Assembly (NCBI GenBank): GCA_031763465.1
Contig: JARFOE010000046.1
Location: forward strand, 10,589,084 to 10,626,966
DNA from: Squatina squatina
Taxonomy: Eukaryota
Reading direction: 5' to 3'
Length of the DNA stretch: 37,883 nucleotides
The translations under genes were made by a program, and so were the position numbers. Shown piece after piece: positions 22,777 to 32,608 of the stretch; position 1 is the stretch's first letter, and the number at the start of each line of letters is the position of its first letter. Under the pieces are notes generated by a model. The model saw only the letters and a list, made by a program, of their open reading frames with translations, ran no database searches and was not told where the DNA came from.

Positions 22777-25700
22777 TTGTTCACCCTTCACATAATTTGG
22801 TCTCNNNNNNNNNNNNNNNNNNNNNNNNNNNNNNNNNNNNNNNNNNNNNNNNNNNNNNNNNNNNNNNNNNNNNNNNNNNNNNNNNNNNNNNNNNNNNNNN
22901 NNNNNNNNNNNNNNNNNNNNNNNNNNNNNNNNNNNNNNNNNNNNNNNNNNNNNNNNNNNNNNNNNNNNNNNNNNNNNNNNNNNNNNNNNNNNNNNNNNNN
23001 NNNNNNNNNNNNNNNNNNNNNNNNNNNNNNNNNNNNNNNNNNNNNNNNNNNNNNNNNNNNNNNNNNNNNNNNNNNNNNNNNNNNNNNNNNNNNNNNNNNN
23101 NNNNNNNNNNNNNNNNNNNNNNNNNNNNNNNNNNNNNNNNNNNNNNNNNNNNNNNNNNNNNNNNNNNNNNNNNNNNNNNNNNNNNNNNNNNNNNNNNNNN
23201 NNNNNNNNNNNNNNNNNNNNNNNNNNNNNNNNNNNNNNNNNNNNNNNNNNNNNNNNNNNNNNNNNNNNNNNNNNNNNNNNNNNNNNNNNNNNNNNNNNNN
23301 NNNNNNNNNNNNNNNNNNNNNNNNNNNNNNNNNNNNNNNNNNNNNNNNNNNNNNNNNNNNNNNNNNNNNNNNNNNNNNNNNNNNNNNNNNNNNNNNNNNN
23401 NNNNNNNNNNNNNNNNNNNNNNNNNNNNNNNNNNNNNNNNNNNNNNNNNNNNNNNNNNNNNNNNNNNNNNNNNNNNNNNNNNNNNNNNNNNNNNNNNNNN
23501 NNNNNNNNNNNNNNNNNNNNNNNNNNNNNNNNNNNNNNNNNNNNNNNNNNNNNNNNNNNNNNNNNNNNNNNNNNNNNNNNNNNNNNNNNNNNNNNCGGTT
23601 GGGCACCTTTATGAATTCCTGTAAAGTGCTTTCAGCAGCTTTAATACACTCCTGTAAATGCCGTGCTGCCTTACTGACTGCCTGACAAAGCCTTAATAGA
23701 CTTGTGCTGCATTTATATTACAGCACTACCAACAGAGGCAGACCCACCTGCAGATGCAGTATTACAGTATAAGCAAGGTGGAGCTTGTGTGGGCAGCAGC
23801 ATGTGCATCTGCCTTAGGAGGCGATATCTGCCCATGCTGCGGGTGGCACAGAGCCATTTTGTTCTGGTCATCGGGCTGGATGAGCAGGTTTCCCCCCCAC
23901 CAACAGCAGGAAATGTTCATCGCCACCATTTTAAAGCCACAATCCAATCTTTAGAACAACTGCAGCTACGAGGTCTTTGCATCTGTGCAGTTGCCTCAGT
24001 ATTTCTGCCAATGCTTTAAATCCTCATGCACTGTGTAAGCACCAGCAGCCTTAACACGGTGCAGAACTGCTTCCAGTGGAAACAATTGTGGAATAAAAAA
24101 TATGCCTTAAAAGGGTGGCGGGAGGGGGATGGAAAACGCAGTATTAAAGCTAAATAAATAAGTTGTTCTTCTATCAACCCTTGCTGTAACATTAACAATC
24201 ATGAGGTGAGAGAGGTTTTTTTTTCCCGGCAACACATTAAAACAAAAGCCAGTTGCTGACAAATTATGTGATCCATGTGCACATCACCTCCGTGGAGTTT
24301 CCTATGAAGTTACGGCAACACAGCGGCAGAAGGTCTGAGGAAATTCAGGGACATGGATAAAGGCCAGAAAGCAGTGATTATAAAACAAAGAAATAAAATG
24401 GTTTTAGCAAATAATGGGGCTTAAACGGTGTGTACAAAATAATCAAATCACTTGCATTTCCCTGAAGGAATACAGTTATGTCCACTCACTGTTAGACTGT
24501 GAGTATAACCTCAGACACTGAGCTCGATTAATTTTGAATGCTGGGTAGGCAAGAATAGCAGCTAATATTTTCCCTTTTTTGTTAGTAATGGCCAGAGGTG
24601 AGTGCTGTAAGAAGGCGAGTGGCATGGAGATAACGTTTTCCATTTTTTGTTGCCGCTCTAGAAAGTCAAAGATGNNNNNNNNNNNNNNNNNNNNNNNNNN
24701 NNNNNNNNNNNNNNNNNNNNNNNNNNNNNNNNNNNNNNNNNNNNNNNNNNNNNNNNNNNNNNNNNNNNNNNNNNAAGTAATGGTGATGTATGATTGTGGT
24801 TCCAATCAAGTCTGAGGATGTACCTCAAAGAATGGAGTGGAAAAGTTTACTGACAGCTGGAGAATACAAGCAGATTCCAATTCAGTGTCATCTGGAAAGT
24901 GTCTAAAGATCATTTATTTCTATTCCGCTATGATAATAACGAAGGACATATTGGCAAAGCTTGAAAAATCTATTTTTCTTCTTAAAACAAGGAAAAATAT
25001 GATGAAATCCCAAATGTGATGACTGGTTCATCAAATCCCTGTTATAAATATTATTGAAACAGTGGTGGGAATGTATAGATGTTAGCAAGTTGAAGAATGG
25101 TCTGGGAAACACACCAGATAAAATCTGTTTAGAAATATTCTGCCGCAACACAGACTAAAGAGAACAGATCAGATGATCTTTATTAAACAAGAAAGGGAAG
25201 TCCTAATCCCAAATTGTAAAGATGATGACGTAAGTCACATGAAAATAGTTAATCGTATTTAGTGACTTTGGTTGACATGTTGGATAAAGTACAATGCAAC
25301 ATGTGTTAACATTCAAAGGCAATGTTTCCATATATTTCTTGCTATTATAAGCATGGTTTGTGTTATAAGAATGAAAGCTGGAAGTCTGGTAATGAAAGGA
25401 CTTTCCTTCTGATTTCCTGATCTTTCACTGATTTGGTCCAAAGGTTGTGTGGCTTAGCCCACATATCAGTTATGGTAGATGACGGTAATGATATACAGGT
25501 TCTTGTGTGGGGTCTTTCGACATCATTGATGTTGCAGTCGGAATGATGTTTTCCAATAGTTTCAATTCAACAGTTGTATATTGTCTTACAATAAATTGGT
25601 ATCAGCATTGCTCGGCAAGACTATTATAAAACCTGATCTGATTAAAATGGCAGCATAAACAAGATATATTTTACTTATATACTAGATTACTAAGAATCAA

Positions 25701-25847
25701 TTATGCCACACATGCGTTAATAAGTGCACAACTATCAGTTTCAGTCTNNNNNNNNNNNNNNNNNNNNNNNNNNNNNNNNNNNNNNNNNNNNNNNNNNNNN
25801 NNNNNNNNNNNNNNNNNNNNNNNNNNNNNNNNNNNNNNNNNNNNNNN

Positions 25848-25997
25848 TGTATAGCATGGACAGCCAGTGATACTATTCAGATCTATTGAAGTCAATGGGA
25901 CTGAGTATCGGCGGGGGTGGGGGGGGGGGGCGGTATAACGCGTGGCTGATATGCTAGCTTGCATTTTTTGCTATTGCGCGAGATGAATTCCAACCCC
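25848..25997. mobile_element. MITE-like element end
   Basis: ATTGAAGTCAATGG palindromic motif, CpG-rich body and terminus AATTCCAACCCC similar to those at 3221 and 29961. It starts at a gap. Confidence 0.4.
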
Positions 25998-27420
25998 ATG
26001 GTGTGTTTGGATTTTCTTCAGTAATCCCCTCCCTTCCCAACTGAGAGATAATGATGTTCATTTGGCTGCAATCCTTGCTTTTCACATTTGCAGCTTTCCG
26101 TTTTTGTACAGCTCAGTTTTGATGGAGTTTTGTAGTCCAACTGACTGGGAGAAGACCCTGATGTGAATTTTATTACCAAATTCAGATGTAGTGTTGGAGC
26201 AAATGAGAGCAGTTTATCAGTTAATACAGATGGCTTAGCTTGCTGGAACCAACCACGGCAATACACGTAACAACGTCTGTCCCACTCTTTTGCAAGAGGA
26301 CATTCAGTAATCAGAGTTAAATCATTTGAAAGGTATGGTGTGGGCAACAGTCTGATGACAGAATTATTCTTGCATGACTAATTCTTCTTAAGCAGCACAA
26401 ATTTGACATTTAGTGCCTTGGAATTACTGCCAGATAAGCACAAAGAAAACCTATTTATATGGATTTTTTTTATTACTGTCAAGTAAGACTGGAACTGATC
26501 TCCCTGGAAAACNNNNNNNNNNNNNNNNNNNNNNNNNNNNNNNNNNNNNNNNNNNNNNNNNNNNNNNNNNNNNNNNNNNNNNNNNNNNNNNNNNNNNNNN
26601 NNNNNNNNNNNNNNNNNNNNNNNNNNNNNNNNNNNNNNNNNNNNNNNNNNNNNNNNNNNNNNNNNNNNNNNNNNNNNNNNNNNNNNNNNNNNNNNNNNNN
26701 NNNNNNNNNNNNNNNNNNNNNNNNNNNNNNNNNNNNNNNNNNNNNNNNNNNNNNNNNNNNNNNNNNNNNNNNNNNNNNNNNNNNNNNNNNNNNNNNNNNN
26801 NNNNNNNNNNNNNNNNNNNNNNNNNNNNNNNNNNNNNNNNNNNNNNNNNNNNNNNNNNNNNNNNNNNNNNNNNNNNNNNNNNNNNNNNNNNNNNNNNNNN
26901 NNNNNNNNNNNNNNNNNNNNNNNNNNNNNNNNNNNNNNNNNNNNNNNNNNNNNNNNNNNNNNNNNNNNNNNNNNNNNNNNNNNNNNNNNNNNNNNNNNNN
27001 NNNNNNNNNNNNNNNNNNNNNNNNNNNNNNNNNNNNNNNNNNNNNNNNNNNNNNNNNNNNNNNNNNNNNNNNNNNNNNNNNNNNNNNNNNNNNNNNNNNN
27101 NNNNNNNNNNNNNNNNNNNNNNNNNNNNNNNNNNNNNNNNNNNNNNNNNNNNNNNNNNNNNNNNNNNNNNNNNNNNNNNNNNNNNNNNNNNNNNNNNNNN
27201 NNNNNNNNNNNNNNNNNNNNNNNNNNNNNNNNNNNNNNNNNNNNNNNNNNNNNNNNNNNNNNNNNNNNNNNNNNNNNNNNNNNNNNNNNNNNNNNNNNNN
27301 NNNNNNNNNNNNNNNNNNNNNNNNNNNNNNNNNNNNNNNNNNNNNNNNNNNNNNNNNNNNNNNNNNNNNNNNNNNNNNNNNNNNNNNNNNNNNNNNNNNN
27401 NNNNNNNNNNNNNNNNNNNN

Positions 27421-27612
27421 CCTTAACACTGTTGTTTTCCCAGTCTACATTAGGATAATTGAAGTCCCCCATTATCGCTACACTATATTCATGCATCTTC
27501 TGAAATTTGCTCCTCTGTCTCCTTCCCTCTATTTGGTGGCCTATAATATATACCCAGCAGTTTAACAGCTCCTCTATTGTTTCTTAATTCTAACCAATTA
27601 GATTCTGCCTTT
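27421..27612 (-). mobile_element. CR1 LINE endonuclease-domain fragment
   Basis: The minus strand gives ESNWLELRNNRGAVKLLGIYYRPPN..VAIMGDFNYPNVDW, which contains the APE endonuclease motifs YRPP and GDFN. It continues into a 908-N gap. Confidence 0.9.
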
Positions 27613-28892
27613 GAGTTTTCAAGCAGAATGATGATATCTGTTCTAAATAATTATCCCTTACAGCACAAAGGGCAAGTTATCTTGTGCTGTAGGGGTCGGG
27701 CAGCTGAGAAAAATAACAATAAAATCACCTGTTGTTGTTAAAATATTTTTGCTAATTACGTAGCGAGAATGCCTGAAAAAATGTAGTTTAACAACTGTAA
27801 TTTTAACCATTTTGTTTTTACAACCTCTTAGAGGAAACTCAAGTTAGAAATGGAGTGCACTCCAAATTTCAGAAGAGGAATTTTAGTAGGATTTGCTCAT
27901 CAGCTGAAATACAAAAGAGCTTCAGTCGTTCCTCAAAACACACATTTGCCTGCTCCTGAAATAATAGCTCTGATAGTGGCTTTTAAGCAACGATTTGGGA
28001 AGCTTTAATATGGTTTTTAAACCAATTTGATACAGACAAACCACACATGTTCTTGAATGTCCTACATTTCCTGAAATCTAGGTATTAAATTGGACAATTG
28101 TTGGGTGACTTTCACTTTCATCAAATAACCTGCTTCACCAATGCATCCTGTCTAAACAAAGTGCAATGATATATTATACCTCAGGCATTGGCATTTGAAA
28201 ATACTTCTTGTGTTCTTTCTGATTTATTTTGAGACCAAACGAAAGATAATTACAAGGATAACCATACTGTGGGTTCTTTGGTAAATCATGTAATTTTCTC
28301 AATCTGAAGAAATATGTAGTTGCGGCTGTGGCCAACAACCATAAGAACCCTGTGAATAAATGCAAAGTTTGTACTTGGAACACTGAGAATGATACAGTGA
28401 TGTAATCTGTCCCAGTTCTGCTCATTATATTTGTCCAAATTTTCTCCCTCTTTGTGTCTCTTGATTCTATGAAGAAAAAGGGAAGTCTGTTAGACGAATT
28501 CTCAACTATTTCCTATTCACAGCATGTCTTGACATAGTACTTTATACATCTGGTACATAATCTAGGGCTGAACTCAGCAATCTATTTGTGCATTCTTTTA
28601 CACCATATTAGTCCATGTTTGCACTTTGTGGCATTACGGTGCTCTGTGTAATGTCATCCCAGATTTCGCAGACAGCTAAAATGGAAAAAGCAAAGCAAAT
28701 GACATCCGCAAGAACCTATCATCAATGTAACAGAGTTTTGAACACACAATGCTGTTCGTAGGTCTGCATAGCTCATACAATATTGGGTTATCCATTTAAC
28801 CGCTTAATTACTGCTCTTTCAACCTTCTTTTCAAAAATTCAAGAATTTGTTAAACCTAAAGCCTTCAAGGTTTAATTCTTTGCATTTTAAAA

Positions 28893-28937
28893 AAATTTGT
28901 TCCTGGGATGTGGGCGTCACTGGCAAGGCCAGCATTT
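28893..28937 (-). mobile_element. CR1/L2-group LINE 3' tail
   Basis: The minus strand AATGCTGGCCTTGCCAGTGACGCCCACATCCCAGGAAC matches a recalled LINE tail with a CTGGC-CTT-GCCAG hairpin. Confidence 0.6.
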
Positions 28938-29037
28938 NNNNNNNNNNNNNNNNNNNNNNNNNNNNNNNNNNNNNNNNNNNNNNNNNNNNNNNNNNNNNNN
29001 NNNNNNNNNNNNNNNNNNNNNNNNNNNNNNNNNNNNN

Positions 29038-29245
29038 CAAGCTCTGCAATTCCCTCCCTAAGCCTCTCTGCCTCTCTACCTCTCTCTCCTCCTGTAGGAT
29101 GCTCCAAAACCTACCACTCTGACCCCCTGTCCTAATATCTCTGTATGTGGCTCAATGTCAAATTTTGTTTGACGATGCTCCTGGAAAGCTCCTTGGGACA
29201 TTTTACTACGTTAAAGGTGCTATATAAATGCAAGTTGTTGTTGTC
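29038..29245 (+). mobile_element. L2 LINE 3' end
   Basis: KLCNSLPKPLCLSTSLSS (L2 LWNSLP motif), followed by the tail CTTGGGACATTTTACTACGTTAAAGGTGCTATATAAATGCAAGTTGTTGTTG. Confidence 0.85.
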
Positions 29246-29444
29246 ATTGTTAATCATTAGGGGAACAGAGCCAGTAACTTTTACTGATTCTTGAAGTGTG
29301 CAGAGTTGAATTCAACTCTCAACCCGCACAAGATTACAAGTATGACGCTGATTTTCAAGTTAGAAATAGGTGGTTCTATAATTGAAATGTAGACATGTAA
29401 GCAGGAAGGTTTTGTCTGGATAGCACACTAATGGAAAATATGTA

Positions 29445-29972
29445 GGGTAGCGAATTTCAACTTTTGCCCTCAACAGTCATCAGTGCACCCGCTCGTCCAA
29501 TGGGTTGAGTGGAAGTCCCGAACCATTTCTCCGGTTTGGACCTCTTCGAATACAATTGCTGAGCTGCCCAGTGCTTGTTGGGCGCGATCAAGCATTTTGC
29601 CAAATCGGGTGAAATGAGCCCCACAAAAAATTCCTCCCTTCCCCATAAATGTTCCAGGCCGACTGTGGAGCTTCCTCCAGCAATCCTATCAAGGACTACT
29701 GGTTCAGTCGCTCAGCAGCTGGTACAAAAGGGCAGAATGTCTGACGCACATGCTCCGCCCCTTTGTACTTGAGAATTGAAAGTGCAGTCCTACATTTGGC
29801 GTATGGCCCTAATTTGCATATGCAAGCCAGAGTGTTGGGTGCCCATTTACAGGTCGGCCTGAAAATCACGTCAGGCAGACCTTGAGCATCCAAGGGGCAG
29901 TTGTTGTTTCCATGCTATTTTCAACTGTTGGACGTCTCACAAACGGAGTAGCCAGCAGTCGAAAATCACCCC
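29445..29972. mobile_element. MITE-like element, about 530 bp, both ends visible
   Basis: Imperfect terminal inverted repeats: GGGTAGCGAATTTCAACT on the left versus reverse-complement GGGGTGATTTTCGACT on the right. The interior is GC-rich with no recognisable ORF. Confidence 0.55.
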
Positions 29973-31395
29973 TGGTGTGTTATACAAAAGATGAGTGCTT
30001 CTTTAGCTCTGGCCCAGCTCTGGGGTCTCCACGGTAACATGGGGATGTGCAAACATTTTGAAGTTAATTTTGGTTCATTCCATTATTAAAGTAAACCTAA
30101 CAATGAACTCACTGTGTGATATCATTTGTTATGCATTAACTATGACTTCTGAGAAACTACTGTGGNNNNNNNNNNNNNNNNNNNNNNNNNNNNNNNNNNN
30201 NNNNNNNNNNNNNNNNNNNNNNNNNNNNNNNNNNNNNNNNNNNNNNNNNNNNNNNNNNNNNNNNNTGTGATTATATTTTTGGACTTTTCATTCTTCATGA
30301 AGCGACCCAATCTATTTAACACATGGCCTCTGCTCTCCACGCAGGTCCAACAGAGTTACGGATAAAAGCGTTTATTGTTGGGATGAAACAATGACTCACT
30401 TTTTGATACACCATCTGTTCAAAGCCTTCAATCAGTGTGTGTGGTCTGTGTCATAAATCACTGCATACTGTAACCATATATCGAATGTATTTAGAAGAGG
30501 CTAAGCCCATCTTTAAGGATCTTTTACCCATGCTCTTGCCAACTTAAAGTCACATTGTTGTAAATAGGAAGATTCGTAAAACCTGCATCCCACCTGATTG
30601 AAATCTCCCTATCCAGATTATTGAATTACAATTTTTATTGGTGAAGGTACCAACATGTTAACTTCTTGCGCTTAATTATATATTTAAAAAATTATTGTGA
30701 TTAATAACATATTAGTAGCAACAAATTCTGCAATCAGAAAACAGAAGCCGATGCATGTGGTCTAATCCTCATTCAATGTCATGTTGAGGGAGGGAAGAAT
30801 AACACTGTTAATTTGATTTATTGTTTTCAATCCTATATAGAACTATCCAATGCATTTTTCACTGAAGGAGTTTAAAAGCTGCACCTTCCATTTCTGCAGC
30901 CTCAAAGGTTCTTCCAGCAGGTGGAAGTGGGGCTCTGTGGCTCCACAAATATGTGTTACTTAAAGTGTATCTTTTAAGTTGGCCCAAGAAATATGAATTG
31001 TATATTTTGACACTCGGCCTCCTAAGATGTGTCTGCTCTTTTGGAGGTCGTTTTTTTTTAAAGTGGAACATATTTGTAAAAGGCAGAAGATTGCTTTAGA
31101 AAAAATTGGATCTGCAGTTTTGTTTGTTGCATCAGTAATGAAGACCTGCGTGTTGTAACGAACTGTGGAAAAGGTTACTAGGTTTTCAATCATTTCCGGG
31201 AAAAACTCATGCATACCAACATACCTCACACTCTGTACATCATATGCTGATTATATTGCAGCCAGCTGTCACATCTTAGTGTTCTAGTCTTCATTTTATT
31301 TTGCGGTCACTTTTCCTAGGTAATGTGTGGTTATGCCCGCAATTGGTTAAAGCTGCTGTCTGAGAACCATGGATTTATTCTTTAACCCTCTGAAC

Positions 31396-31463
31396 TCTGC
31401 AGAAGCATTTCTGCACCAAAGTTAAACAACTGTTTAACTTTGGTGCAGAAATGCTTCTGCAGA
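31396..31463. repeat. Perfect inverted repeat, 33-bp arms, 2-nt spacer
   Basis: TCTGCAGAAGCATTTCTGCACCAAAGTTAAACA-AC-TGTTTAACTTTGGTGCAGAAATGCTTCTGCAGA. Confidence 0.97.
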
Positions 31464-31654
31464 TTATGTTATTTTTATACTTAATTCCTTCAGGAAATGT
31501 ACTGTAGTGGAGTCAGCCCATCAAACCTGCCCCATCCATACAACATGCAGCCACGCAACACAGATGTTGCATAAGAGAAAATTTGTGACTAAATTATAAG
31601 CAGAAAAGATCTTTCAGACCCCATAAAGGTTAAGGTTAAGGCAGATACCTTAAA

Positions 31655-31909
31655 TGTCAGATTTGGCTCAGTGGTAGCACTCTCACCTCTGATTCAGAAG
31701 ATCCTGAGATTAAGCCCCGCTCCAGAGGCTTGAGCACAGGATCGAGGCTGAGGTGGTGCTGCACTGTTGGAGGTATTGTCCTTTGGATGAGATGTCAAAC
31801 CGTTACCCCATCTGCCCTCTCAGGTGAGTGTGCAAGATCCAACGGCACTGTTTGAAGTAGAACAGGGGAGGTCTCCGACTGTCCTGGCCAACGTTTATCT
31901 CCTCAAACC
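31655..31909 (+). mobile_element. SacSINE1-like DeuSINE, 5' part
   Basis: GGCTCAGTGGTAGCACTCTCACCTCTGATTCAGAAG head, then GTGCTGCACTGTTGGAGGT..CTGCCCTCTCAGGTG..GTCCTGGCCAA. It is 3'-truncated. Confidence 0.85.
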
Positions 31910-32017
31910 GCCAGATGAATTCGGTCGGAGGCAGCGGGAACGCCTCTAGCGGCTGCAAAGGCCTTGCTGTCCTGTTAATGCCTCCGGGCGGTGCTCTGGT
32001 AAGTTGAATTGGGCCCG

Positions 32018-32231
32018 CTTGCATTTATATAATGCCTTTCACAACCACCGGACGTCCAAAATCAGTTTACAGCCAATGAAGTACTTTTTTGAAATGTATT
32101 CACTGTATGTAGGAAGCGTGGCAGCCAATTTGGGCACAGTAAACTCCCACAAACAACAATGCGATAACGACCGGATAATCCGTTTTTGGGATGTTGATTG
32201 AGGGCTAAATATTGGCCAGGCCACTGGGGAT
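32018..32231 (-). mobile_element. SacSINE1-like DeuSINE, 3' part
   Basis: CTTGCATTTATATAATGCCTTTCACAACCACCGGACGTCC..GGCAGCCAATTTGGGCACAG..ATTGGCCAGG is close to 14765-14952. It runs into a gap. Confidence 0.9.
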
Positions 32232-32449
32232 NNNNNNNNNNNNNNNNNNNNNNNNNNNNNNNNNNNNNNNNNNNNNNNNNNNNNNNNNNNNNNNNNNNNN
32301 NNNNNNNNNNNNNNNNNNNNNNNNNNNNNNNCTCATTATCTCTAGTAAAATCAAAAAGTATTTTGAAAGAGAGAGAGAGAGGGAGAATATTCTTTCAATA
32401 GTTCCCATGCTCAAACCACAAAGTTACCAGGACATTCTTTCCCAATATA

Positions 32450-32608
32450 TGTTTATGATGTTGATAGCAAGCACTGACCAAAGGAAATCCCCCTTCCAGG
32501 CATGCAGCAACTGGAGGAAATTTCCCTGCATACTTATGTTAATAGCATGCACTGACCTGAAGAAATTTCTCTGCTGTGTTTATGATGTTGATAGCACCCA
32601 AGGGAAAT
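32450..32608. repeat. Degenerate tandem repeat, about 4 units of 35-50 bp
   Basis: The exact 20-mer TGTTTATGATGTTGATAGCA occurs at 32450 and 32577. GCACTGACC and (G/A)GAAAT recur in the units. Confidence 0.8.

Noticed and set aside
24775-25700. Possible decayed transposase or pseudogene
   Set aside because: Only short ORFs with no recognisable motif. It cannot be supported without a search.
11811-27565. Long ORFs of 225-372 aa at 11.8-12.7, 22.8-23.7 and 26.4-27.6 kb
   Set aside because: They consist almost entirely of X from N gaps. The only real signal is CR1 endonuclease sequence.
30914-30927. CTCF-like CCAGCAGGTGGAAG
   Set aside because: Mismatch at a core position, and no other support.
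32450-32608. CRISPR-like repeat-spacer array
   Set aside because: The context is vertebrate, the units are degenerate along their whole length, and there are no unique spacers or cas genes.
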